Positions 19,641 through 30,395 of a stretch of DNA of 64,000 bases are shown piece after piece. Positions within the stretch are counted from its first letter, which is position 1. Every line of letters begins with the position of its first letter. Origin of the DNA: Spirochaetia bacterium (GTDB lineage Bacteria > Spirochaetota > Spirochaetia > CADAEX01). The stretch lies in NCBI GenBank assembly GCA_963662265.2, contig CAXXHA010000016.1, forward strand, positions 21,516-85,515, given 5' to 3'. Under the pieces are notes generated by a model. It searched no databases, was not told the origin of the DNA, and worked only from the letters and a program-made list of their open reading frames with translations. The translations under genes were made by a program, and so were the position numbers.

Positions 19641-20762
19641 ATGCAGGTAATGGATTATTTAACAGCCCCTCTCATAATAGCTTTTATAACAGCAGTCCTG
19701 GCAGCGTTTATCTCAATTATTGACAGGATAGTCAATAATTACGGAGAAGTTAAGATTGATATCAATAACGGGAAAAAAGAGCTCACCGTCAAGGGGGGAG
19801 CTCCTCTTCTCCACCTTCTTTCTTCTGAAAAAATATTCCTCCCATCAGCGTGCGGAGGAAGGGGAAGCTGCGGCGCATGCAAGTGCAAGGTAACAAGCGA
19901 TGTAGGGCCTCATCTGCCGACAGAAACACCTTATCTTGAAAAAGATGAAATTGCACAGAATATCAGGTTATCCTGCCAGGTGAAGGTTAAGAAAGACATC
20001 TCCATAGAAATTCCTGAAGCTCTTTTCAATGTGAAGGAATTCAATGCCAGGGTGGAAAAGATAACAGATGTTACTCATGATATAAAGGAAGTCCTCATGG
20101 ATATAGGGGACGAAGATATTACATTTGAAGCAGGAATGTATGTCCAGCTTGTAATTCCTTCATATGGAAAAATCAGGGGGACTACACAGCGGGCATATTC
20201 AATGTCATCAAAGCCTTCTGACAATCATCATATTGAACTCCTTATAAGGCTGGTTCCCGGCGGGATTGCAACTACATATGTGCATGAACACCTGAAAGAG
20301 GGAGATGAAATAAAAGTTATCGGACCTTTCGGGGAATTCCACAGGTCAGAAACTTCTGCAGCCATGATATGTGTTGCAGGCGGATCAGGTATGGCTCCTT
20401 TCAAATCAATTCTCTATGACATGTATGAGAAGGGTGATACGCAAAGGGATGTCTGGTATTTTTTCGGGGCAAGAACAAAGAAGGATATGTTTTATCTTGA
20501 TGAACTTTTTGAACTTGACAGCAAGTGGGATAAATTTCACTTTATTCCCGCCCTGTCAGAGCCTCAGGAAGGTGAGTCCTGGAAAGGTGAGACTGGTATT
20601 ATTACAGATGTTCTTGATATTTACCTTAAGAGAAAGGTCGGAGTTGATGTTGAAAAAGAGGGGTATTTATGCGGAAGTCCAGGTATGATTAATGCGTGTA
20701 ACAATGTCATGACAGATAACGGGATCCCTCTTGAAAAGATATATTATGATAAATTTGCATAA
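19641..20762 (+). CDS. nqrF: NqrF-type NADH dehydrogenase subunit (2Fe-2S, FAD, NAD)
   Basis: N-terminal TM; SACGGRGSCGAC...RLSCQ; RAYSM; GGSGMAP; YLCGSPGM; YDKF. Confidence 0.9.
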   Translation: MQVMDYLTAPLIIAFITAVLAAFISIIDRIVNNYGEVKIDINNGKKELTVKGGAPLLHLLSSEKIFLPSACGGRGSCGACKCKVTSDVGPHLPTETPYLEKDEIAQNIRLSCQVKVKKDISIEIPEALFNVKEFNARVEKITDVTHDIKEVLMDIGDEDITFEAGMYVQLVIPSYGKIRGTTQRAYSMSSKPSDNHHIELLIRLVPGGIATTYVHEHLKEGDEIKVIGPFGEFHRSETSAAMICVAGGSGMAPFKSILYDMYEKGDTQRDVWYFFGARTKKDMFYLDELFELDSKWDKFHFIPALSEPQEGESWKGETGIITDVLDIYLKRKVGVDVEKEGYLCGSPGMINACNNVMTDNGIPLEKIYYDKFA

Positions 20763-20847
20763 AAAGGTGTGAATAATTTAAACAGAAAATACCGGTTTTG
20801 CAGAGATTATCTGCAATTTGTACAAGCAGAACTACAGGAGAGAATTT

Positions 20848-21300
20848 ATGAAAATGTCGCCTGAATATAAGAAGATACAGGAAAACATGGGAACAGGTAT
20901 TATAACTGCATCAGGTTTTCTTGGAGATGATAAACGCAGCATTACAGACATAATCGAAGAAGATGAAGAAATGATGAGGCACTACAAGCTTGATTATGAA
21001 GAGGTAACTGCGAGGCTCAGTTTTTTTATCGAAGAGGGTAAAAAAGGGCTTGGTGAGTTTATTACAGTTGAAGATAAATGGCTTGTAAGAACTGAAGAGG
21101 CAAGGGGGCATCTTCCCTGTCCGTTTGGAGATGGTCTTCAGAGAAAAATAACATGTGAAATTGTTCTTGAGGAAAAAGGTACAAGGCTTCTTTTCTCAAC
21201 ATTCTCCCTTCATCTCCTTAAGGAACACCATTTTCATCAGGGCAAGGGATCCCCTTTCCGGATTGAACCGTCAGTTCTCAGAGAAGTACTGAATTTTTAG
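20848..21300 (+). CDS. Hypothetical protein at the end of the nqr operon
   Basis: RBS AGGAG; motifs GFLG, RGHLPCPF, HHFHQGKGSPFR. Confidence 0.7.
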   Translation: MKMSPEYKKIQENMGTGIITASGFLGDDKRSITDIIEEDEEMMRHYKLDYEEVTARLSFFIEEGKKGLGEFITVEDKWLVRTEEARGHLPCPFGDGLQRKITCEIVLEEKGTRLLFSTFSLHLLKEHHFHQGKGSPFRIEPSVLREVLNF

Positions 21301-21357
21301 AATTATATTTTTCTGATTCCTCCGGTTCAGGCTTTATCAGATGGATACGGATTACAG

Positions 21358-21384
21358 GCGGGTGGAGTTTCATCCGCTTTTTTT
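21358..21384 (+). terminator. Rho-independent terminator
   Basis: GCGGGTGGA...TCATCCGC followed by T7. Confidence 0.6.
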
Positions 21385-21612
21385 GTACATGTTCCGATTG
21401 CTTTTAAAGGAGGGTGTCTAAAGTCCGAAAGCAGAACTGCATTTTGAGCAGCAATAAAACTCGCTTTAGCGAATTTTTTCCGGCAAGCTGCGGACAATTG
21501 CCCTGGATTCTATTTTATAATCATAGTTTTCACTGCCTGTTATTTTTTTGTTGGTTTTTTGTTTTAAACTGATTAAAATAATATAAACAATCTGAAGAAA
21601 CTGGTGGAATAA

Positions 21613-22407
21613 ATGAAAATACTTGTGCTTGATTTTGACGGAGTAATCTGCGACAGCGCTGATGAAACTGCAAGGGCCGGCTGGCTTGCTGGGAGCATCA
21701 TCTGGCCTGACTGGGCAAAACATGATATTACTCCCCGTTTCATCAGGGAATTCAGAAAACTCAGGCCGCTTCTCCACACAGGTTTTGAATCGATAGCTAT
21801 TCTCAAGGCTATTGAAGAAGAATACAGCATTCCATTTGTAAAATCAAACTACCACTTTCTGATGAGGCAGATATTCACATCAACCCAGTATAATTTTGAT
21901 GAACTGAAAGATATCATGGACAGGGTCCGATCTGACTGGATAAGGATAAATGAGAGAGACTGGCTTTCAAGGCACCGTTTTTTCTACGGGTTTGACAGTT
22001 TTATTCCGGCAGCATGGAAAAAATATGATGCGGTTTATATCCTTACAACAAAACACGGAAGATTTGCTAAAAAGCTTCTTGATTATGCAGGGATTGATTT
22101 CGATGAGGACTTTATAATAGGGCTTGAAAAAGGGAAGGATAAGAACGAATCGCTTAAAGAGCTTATTGAGAGATATTCAGAAGGTGATGATCCATCAGAT
22201 AAGCCTGAAGTAATTTTCCTTGATGACAGGTTTCTTACCCTTGAGAAGGTTTTAAAAGATCCTGATCTGTCCTCTATAAAGCTTTTTATGCCCTGCTGGG
22301 GATATAATTATTCTGAAGAAAGGTATGCTGCAGAGGAAGATGAGAGGATCAGTCTTATAGAGCTTGATGACCTTGATATGCTGCTTGACTTCAGAAAAAT
22401 CAGATAA
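21613..22407 (+). CDS. HAD-superfamily hydrolase
   Basis: Motif I LDFDGVICDS, motif II ILTTK, motif IV FLDDR. Confidence 0.85.
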   Translation: MKILVLDFDGVICDSADETARAGWLAGSIIWPDWAKHDITPRFIREFRKLRPLLHTGFESIAILKAIEEEYSIPFVKSNYHFLMRQIFTSTQYNFDELKDIMDRVRSDWIRINERDWLSRHRFFYGFDSFIPAAWKKYDAVYILTTKHGRFAKKLLDYAGIDFDEDFIIGLEKGKDKNESLKELIERYSEGDDPSDKPEVIFLDDRFLTLEKVLKDPDLSSIKLFMPCWGYNYSEERYAAEEDERISLIELDDLDMLLDFRKIR

Positions 22408-22553
22408 ATATCATCCCTCTGTAAAACCCGCCAGCTTCGGCTGCCGGATATTATTAAATACTGAAAATTTTCAACGTAAATTATCTATAGCTTATACAGG
22501 TGTATATCTTGATTGGAAATTTATAAGCATAAGATAATGTGCAATGCACTCGC

Positions 22554-23135
22554 TTATTTCTTCTGCCACTTATCAACATATTTAATTTCCTTGTTTAAGA
22601 CATTTTCAAGTAGTTTTTCAGGGTTTTCTTCTATTATCAGCGCTTCCCTATGCCCCTGTTTGAAGAATCCCTCGTTAACGGCCCTGTCAAACATTGAAAT
22701 GAGCGGATCATAGTATCCCTCAGTATTGAGAAGACCTACAGGCTTTAAATGGTAACCCAGCTGATTCCAGGTAATAACCTCAATAAGTTCTTCAAGTGTT
22801 CCGGTCCCCCCGGGTAATGCAATAAAAGCACCTGAAAGTGAATACATTTTTGCCTTTCTTTCATGCATTGAAGGAACTGTTATTGTCTTAACCCCGTCAA
22901 GCGGCTGAACTTTCTCAGCAATCAGCTCAGGAATTATGCCAGTTACTTGTGCCCCCCCTTCAAGAGCTGCGGATGCTGCAGCCTTCATCAGTCCTATATT
23001 TCCTCCGCCGTATACCAGTGAAAGCCTTTTCTCAGATACAGCTTTCCCCAGTTTTAAAGCTTCCTGAATGTAAATATCCCTGTTCCCGCTGCTTGATCCC
23101 GAAAATATACATACTGTTTTTATTCTGTCTGCCAT
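22554..23135 (-). CDS. LOG family nucleotide phosphoribohydrolase (TIGR00730)
   Basis: VYGGGNIGLM, MHERK, PGGTGTLEE, KPVGLLN. Confidence 0.92.
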   Translation of the reverse strand: MADRIKTVCIFSGSSSGNRDIYIQEALKLGKAVSEKRLSLVYGGGNIGLMKAAASAALEGGAQVTGIIPELIAEKVQPLDGVKTITVPSMHERKAKMYSLSGAFIALPGGTGTLEELIEVITWNQLGYHLKPVGLLNTEGYYDPLISMFDRAVNEGFFKQGHREALIIEENPEKLLENVLNKEIKYVDKWQKK

Positions 23136-23299
23136 TTTGCCCTGCTTTTCATATTTTAATCTTTTATATATAATCTAATAACTAATGAAATCAATCAAGT
23201 CACTGTCTTTATCTGCATGTGGCAGGAGAGCCTTTTATTTTTAAATCACTGAAATGTGCGGCTTTTATTCGCGTTGTGTAATTATCTTCAGGAGAAAAA

Positions 23300-24634
23300 A
23301 TGATAAATAATAAAACTCAGTCCGGAATGAAAGGAAATTTTCCGTTTGCGCCTGTTAAAATAAAATTTTTTTACGGGTGGGTAATTCTTGTAGCAGGGGC
23401 TATAGGTGTTGTAATGAGTATTCCGGGACAGACAATGGGAGTCTCGGTTTTTACAGACCGTCTTATTGAATCGCTTGATATAAGCCGTCTGAATTTGAGT
23501 CTCGCATATATGATTGGAACTCTATCGAGCAGTCTGCTGCTTTCAAGGGCGGGCAAACAGTATGATAAATACGGAGCCAGAGTAACTGCAGTTGCATCCT
23601 CTTTTCTTATGGGTGCGGTACTTATTTACATGAGCAGTCTCAAGATACTGTCAGGCAGTTTAAACAGTTTTTTCGGGATACCTTTCGGTATTGCATCTTT
23701 TATACTTTTAACTCCCGGGTTTTTTGCTCTCCGGTTTTTCGGACAGGGAGTCCTTACCATGGTTTCCAGAAATATGGTAATGAAGTGGTTTGACAGAAAA
23801 AGGGGATTTGCAGCAGCTCTTATGGGAATAATCACAGCATTCGGATTTTCATATGCTCCAAAACCATTCAACAGCCTCATAGTTTCATTCGGTTGGGAAG
23901 GGGCATGGAGAATAATAGGTTTATCCGCCCTTTTTATATTCCCGTTTTTTATCCTTGTATTTTACAGGGATAATCCAGAAATCTGCGGCCTGAATCCGGA
24001 CGGAATAAAAAAAGCTGAAGAAAAAAAGGACAGTGAATTTGTCAAGGAATCAGTCGGATCTGACATGACTCTGAAGGAAGCAAGAAAAACAGCTGTATTC
24101 TGGATAGCAATATTCACTGTTTCCATGTGGGCTCTTTACAACACAGCAGTGACATTCCATATTGTTTCGATATTCAGTCTCAAAGGGATGGGAAGCGCGG
24201 TTGCAGTATCAATTTTTCTTCCCTATTCTGTGTTTTCTGTTCTTTCAAGACTCTTTACAGGATGGATAAGCGACAGGGTAAAGCTTAAATACATAATCCT
24301 GATGCAGCTCTTCACATCAATTATAGCTCTTGTTTTTCTCGGGCTCCTGAGCAGCAGTCCTGTAATACTGTGGGGATTTATTGTTTTTCTCGGTTTTGCA
24401 AGCGGAAGCTGGGGAGTACTTAACAGTATTACCTGGATACGGCTTTTCGGAAGGAAGCATCTTGGTGAAATTACCGGTTTTGCCATGGGATGGATAGTTG
24501 CCGGCAGTGCATTCGGACCATACCTTTTCAGTATTTCAGAAAAGGTTTCCGGAGGTTACAGCCTGTCTGTAATATTATGTATTTCAGTTATAGTTCTGAT
24601 TACAATACTGACAATGCTGAAGGTTAAACGCTGA
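23300..24634 (+). CDS. MFS transporter
   Basis: FYGW start, about 12 TM helices, WFDRKRG, GWISDR, FGRKHLG. Confidence 0.9.
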   Translation: MINNKTQSGMKGNFPFAPVKIKFFYGWVILVAGAIGVVMSIPGQTMGVSVFTDRLIESLDISRLNLSLAYMIGTLSSSLLLSRAGKQYDKYGARVTAVASSFLMGAVLIYMSSLKILSGSLNSFFGIPFGIASFILLTPGFFALRFFGQGVLTMVSRNMVMKWFDRKRGFAAALMGIITAFGFSYAPKPFNSLIVSFGWEGAWRIIGLSALFIFPFFILVFYRDNPEICGLNPDGIKKAEEKKDSEFVKESVGSDMTLKEARKTAVFWIAIFTVSMWALYNTAVTFHIVSIFSLKGMGSAVAVSIFLPYSVFSVLSRLFTGWISDRVKLKYIILMQLFTSIIALVFLGLLSSSPVILWGFIVFLGFASGSWGVLNSITWIRLFGRKHLGEITGFAMGWIVAGSAFGPYLFSISEKVSGGYSLSVILCISVIVLITILTMLKVKR

Positions 24635-24711
24635 AAAAGGGCTGTAATTACAGTGAAAAAAAACTGAAAATATATTAAACAATAAATAATTGCGTGATAT
24701 TATTTATTCGC

Positions 24712-25010
24712 AGGTCGGGTCTAATACCCTGTAGCTTGCTGTGTAATTTTGAAAATAAGTAAGATTTAGATTGTATATTTTTTTAAGTCCAGGACCCGAC
24801 ATACAATCCATTCCTTACAAGGATGCATTCGAGCTCGTTCCTCGATGCTGAGCATCTGTGGTACGACTCGCTGGCGAGCAGTAACCGGAGGTTACGACCA
24901 GCCCAGAACCACATACACCGCTGCTTGTAAAAAGCCCGTACCAGCTGGAACGGGCGCCAGAGGGGGTGTTGAAAGCCCTGTGCCGAGAGACTCTGCTTAG
25001 TGGCTCAATT
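24712..25010. other. GC-rich highly structured intergenic element (candidate ncRNA or non-autonomous mobile element)
   Basis: Stems GTCGGGTC/GACCCGAC, GCATTCGAG/CTCGATGC, TGTGGT/ACCACA enclosing CTCGC/GCGAG and GTAACC/GGTTAC, GCCCGT/ACGGGC, AGGG/CCCT in AT-rich surroundings. Confidence 0.5.
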
Positions 25011-25094
25011 ATTTTATCGATACAAAATGCAGATATGAGTTATATTATCTGCAGTCAGGTACTTATTAACATAAATTAGGAAAGGGAGATTTTA

Positions 25095-25616
25095 ATGGCG
25101 AAAAATAAAATTGAATTTGCAAATCTGCGGCTTGATGCGATTAATGTCTGGCTCAACAGATGGTGCCTTCTTACATCCGGAGATAAAGATAACAGCAATT
25201 CCATGACCGTAGGCTGGGGAAGTATAGGGGGAATGTGGAGAAAACCGTTTATTCAGGTTGTTGTGCGTCCTCAGCGGTATACATATGAATTTATGGAAAA
25301 ATATGATTCTTTTACTGTTTCTGTCCTTCCTGCGCAGTACAAGGATGCTCTTTCTGTCATGGGCAGTAAGTCAGGCAGAGATATGGATAAGGTGAGTGAA
25401 GCAGGTCTTACTCTTCAGAATTCCGAATTTGTTGATGCTCCCTCTTTCAAGGAAGCCGAACTTGTCTTTGAATGCAGAAAGAACTACTGGCAGGATATGA
25501 ATCCTGATAATTTTCTTGACAGCTCAATATTTGAAAAATATCCTGATAAGGACTATCACAGAATTTATTTCGGTGAAATTGCAGGTATTTTTGGTGAGCA
25601 TTATTACAGGGCGTAA
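25095..25616 (+). CDS. Flavin reductase-like (flavoredoxin family) protein
   Basis: NSMTVGWG, VRPQRYT, GSKSGRDMDK, DYHRIYFGEI. Confidence 0.88.
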   Translation: MAKNKIEFANLRLDAINVWLNRWCLLTSGDKDNSNSMTVGWGSIGGMWRKPFIQVVVRPQRYTYEFMEKYDSFTVSVLPAQYKDALSVMGSKSGRDMDKVSEAGLTLQNSEFVDAPSFKEAELVFECRKNYWQDMNPDNFLDSSIFEKYPDKDYHRIYFGEIAGIFGEHYYRA

Positions 25617-25751
25617 TCTGCTCACCATGCACGTTTAAGGATTTTTCCTGTTTTTACAGGACTATTATAGATATAAAACTGTATTTTCCCGGGAATATTA
25701 TTAAGTTTGGTGTTCCTGATAATTGTTTCAGCCGGGAAAGAACAGTAATAA

Positions 25752-27278
<1,527 letters not shown>

Positions 27279-27430
27279 TTTTTTGTATTTATTATTCACA
27301 TGTATTCTGAAATATTCAGATTTATACTGATAAATTAAAATAATTTTAATATCCATGTATTAAGTCAATTTTATGCTTTTAAAGTTTGTAAACAGGTAAA
27401 TCAGGTTCGGATTCAGGAAAAATAATATAA

Positions 27431-27463
27431 AAAACCTGCCTGATTAACAACCAGGCCGGTTTT
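27431..27463. terminator. Probable bidirectional terminator between glpK and glutaredoxin
   Basis: AAAACCTGCCTG...CAGGCCGGTTTT. Confidence 0.5.
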
Positions 27464-27476
27464 GTGCTTTAAGGAA

Positions 27477-27540
27477 CATAATATTCTGGAGACTTTCCCT
27501 GCAACTTATTGTTGCAGGCAAACAGAAAGAGCCGGAAAAA
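27477..27540 (+). repeat. Degenerate relative of the ortA repeat unit
   Basis: CATAA..GGAGACTTTC-[CCTGCAAC/GTTGCAGG hairpin]-GAAAG-AGCCGGAAA resembles CATAAGCG..GAGACTTTC..GAAAGTGCTCGAAA. Confidence 0.4.
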
Positions 27541-27557
27541 CAGTTGTTTTCTTGCTA

Positions 27558-27788
27558 TTATCTGTGAATAGCTCTTTCTATTTCGCCCTGATTGAAACCG
27601 ACTATTATTTTGCCGTTTATATCAATTACAGGAACACCCATCTGTCCCGATTTCTGCATCATTTCTTCAGCTTTTCTCACATCTGAAGCAACGTTAAAAT
27701 CCTGGAAATTTATATTATTTTTTCTGAAGTAGTCTTTTGCAAGATTGCAGTATCCGCATGTCGGTGTGCTGTATATTGTAACGCTCAT
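27558..27788 (-). CDS. Glutaredoxin-like protein (YruB family)
   Basis: YSTPTCGYC, SGQMGVPVI, VGFNQ; RBS AGGAG. Confidence 0.92.
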   Translation of the reverse strand: MSVTIYSTPTCGYCNLAKDYFRKNNINFQDFNVASDVRKAEEMMQKSGQMGVPVIDINGKIIVGFNQGEIERAIHR

Positions 27789-28020
27789 TTCTCTCTCCTA
27801 TATATAAGAAATACTATATATAATATATGGTAAGTTCTTGTAAGAGTCAATGAAAAATAATAAAAAAATATATTATAATTGTTTGTATATCGAATAAATA
27901 TGGATGATACTTGTCGATGTCAATTGTTGAATTTTCATCTGCTGCAATATATTTAAGATGTTGCAGGTTGAAAAGCTGGTTTCTGCCGCAGTAAGAACAA
28001 GGAAGTATAAAGGGGGCTTT

Positions 28021-29125
28021 ATGGCTGATGTATTTTTAACTGATATGAGAACTGAACCGGGAAATAGTATTCTGGATAAATTTGAAAAGCTTCTGCTTAA
28101 GGGGGGGCTTGATAAAATTGATTTTAAAAATAAATTTGTGGCATTGAAGATTCATTTCGGAGAGCCCGGGAACCTGGCCTATATAAGGCCGAATTATATT
28201 CATGTGATAACTGAAATAATTAAGAAGCACGGGGGAAGGCCTTTCCTGACTGATACAAATACACTCTATACAGGAAAGAGGGCAAACGCTGTTGACCATC
28301 TTGTTTCGGCTGAAAGAAACGGTTTTACATTTTCAGTCACAGATGTTCCTGTAATTATTGCTGACGGGCTGAAAGGGACTGATTACCGGGAAATTGAAGT
28401 AAACTTGTCCCATGTAAAGAAAGCTAAAATCGGTGCAGTTGTAGCTGACAGCGATATTCTAATTTCTGTAAGTCATTTTAAGGGGCATGATATGACTGGT
28501 TTTGGAGGAACCCTCAAGAATGTCGGAATGGGAAGCGGATCGAGGGGTGGAAAACTGGAAATGCATTCTTCTTCCAAACCACATATCAGTGAAAAAAGAT
28601 GTGTTTCCTGCGGAACATGTATTAAAGAATGCAGTCAGAATGCAATTTCATTCAACAGCATGAATAAGGCGGAAATAGACTATACGCTCTGTATCGGATG
28701 CGGGCAGTGTGTTGCTGTGTGCATGTATAAGGCTGCACTTTTCAACTGGGATGAAAATATAAAAGTTGCCTGTGAAAAAATTGCAGAATATGCATATGCT
28801 GCGTTAAAAAAACAAACCGCATTTCCATATAAGTTTTATTACTGATATATCGCCTTTTTGTGATTGCCTGCCGAATAATGATATGCCTGTTGTTCCTGAT
28901 ATCGGAATTGCAGTATCTTCCGATCCGGTAGCTCTTGATAAGGCGTGTGTGGACCTTGTAAACTCATCAAAGCATATTCACGGCTCAGTTCTTGACGAGC
29001 GCGGCTACTCGGAAGGGGATGACATATTTACTAAAATACATCCTGAGACTGACTGGCGATATACTCTTGATCATGCATCACGAATAGGACTGGGCAGCGG
29101 TGATTATAAAATAATCAGAATATAA
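28021..29125 (+). CDS. DUF362 / 4Fe-4S ferredoxin-domain protein, +1 frameshift in the A run near 28810
   Basis: KIHFGEPGN, SHFKGH, two CxxCxxCxxxC motifs; C-terminal CDC and SSDPVALDKA in the next frame. Confidence 0.85.
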
Positions 29126-29177
29126 TTCAGAGAAATGCAATTTCTGCAATAAACAGGATGCTCTTTGGAGAGCATCC

Positions 29178-29999
29178 TTACCATGTATTATGTTGTACAA
29201 ACATTAGATTGTTCTTTACTTCCTCTATTCCTTCAACTGCTTTTACAGAGATTTCACACTCACTTATACGGCTTTCAACCTCTACTGTCCCTGATAGAGT
29301 TGCTTTTTTTCCAGTTACTTTTACATCTAAAAGATTTACAGGTATTTTATCTGTATAGAGTATTTTAGTCTTTATTATTTGAGAAAGATGGAGGTCAATG
29401 AGGGCAGATTTACTGCTTTTTACATCTGTATCAGCTATATAGGTTTTAACCGCAGAGGTAATTATTTCTGATACTGATTTGTTTTTGAGTTTGTCTGTAT
29501 TCAGTATCATGTCATAATAAGAGGACTCATCCCATGATTTTCCGTAGAAGAATTTGTGAAATCCGTTTCTGTCATGATCCACATGATGAATAAACTTTTC
29601 CGCCTGTTTTCTGTCAGATTTATGTATGGCAGCAATTCTGTTTATTCTTGTGTCTTCTGAAGCAATTACCCTTAACCTGAATACTCCGGGGATGTTTTCA
29701 AAAATAAAAGCCCCCCCTCTTCCGAGGATTACACAGCCCTTATTCTCAACAGCAGCATTCAGCATAAAAAGCTTCAGATAATTATGATACCTTTCATACA
29801 CATGCAGATAGGAATCAAGGAGTGAGGGTTTTTTTTCATCATATTTGTTAAAATTTTCAGCGCTGAGTCCGTAATCATCTTCAAGGGCTTTTTCTATGAT
29901 ATTTCTGTCAAAATAGGGATATTTGAAGTTGCCTGCAATTTCTGCGGCAATTTCACTATTGAAACTTCCTTCCTGTCTTGAAATAGTTATAATAGCCAT
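29178..29999 (-). CDS. Cytidylate kinase-like family protein with C-terminal BON domain
   Basis: IITISRQEGS, VILGRGG, YDMILNT; C-terminal ATLSGTV...VEGIEEVKNNL. Confidence 0.85.
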   Translation of the reverse strand: MAIITISRQEGSFNSEIAAEIAGNFKYPYFDRNIIEKALEDDYGLSAENFNKYDEKKPSLLDSYLHVYERYHNYLKLFMLNAAVENKGCVILGRGGAFIFENIPGVFRLRVIASEDTRINRIAAIHKSDRKQAEKFIHHVDHDRNGFHKFFYGKSWDESSYYDMILNTDKLKNKSVSEIITSAVKTYIADTDVKSSKSALIDLHLSQIIKTKILYTDKIPVNLLDVKVTGKKATLSGTVEVESRISECEISVKAVEGIEEVKNNLMFVQHNTW

Positions 30000-30022
30000 T
30001 TTTATCTCCTATAACACTTTTA

Positions 30023-30124
30023 TTACGCTGTCGGGCACTTCCTTTCAGGAAGTCTCCGGCGCTTATGCCAAAATACAAACAAATTGACATTTTTCGGGCA
30101 CTTTCTGAAAGAAAGCCCCTGTAA
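30023..30124 (-). repeat. Dispersed member (1.5 units) of the ortA repeat family
   Basis: Minus strand: TTACAGGGG-CTTTCT.TTC.AGAAAG-TGCCCGAAAA-ATGTCAA...TTGGCAT-AAGCGCCGGAG-ACTTCCT.GAA.AGGAAGT-GCCCGACAGCGTAA. Confidence 0.75.
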
Positions 30125-30337
30125 TTAATAATAAAAAAGCAGGTTTTATTATTCCTACTATAGGAATTCTAGTATTAAATATTTTCAAATTCAATTTTTG
30201 TTTGTGAATATTTTACAAAAGGTACTGAATTGCTTGAATGAAGCAGATATTTTACAGCAGTTGAAGTTTAATACAGGTTTCAAGCAGCTTATCCTGAAAA
30301 TATTGCCACTAGTCAGTGAGTGAGTGGCAATATCGGG

Positions 30338-30371
30338 AAAAACAGGGCTGTCTTGCTTCAAAGACAGCCCT
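30338..30371 (-). terminator. Rho-independent terminator of the lipoprotein gene
   Basis: AGGGCTGTCTT/AAGACAGCCCT stem with T run on the minus strand; second stem ATATTGCCACT/AGTGGCAATAT at 30300-30333. Confidence 0.65.
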
Positions 30372-30395
30372 TAAAGAATCAGTTAAGTAAAAAAG

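Noticed and set aside
30023-30124. c-di-GMP or other known riboswitch
   Set aside because: Lacks the GCAAAC/GGGACGCAAAG core; better explained as a member of the ortA repeat family
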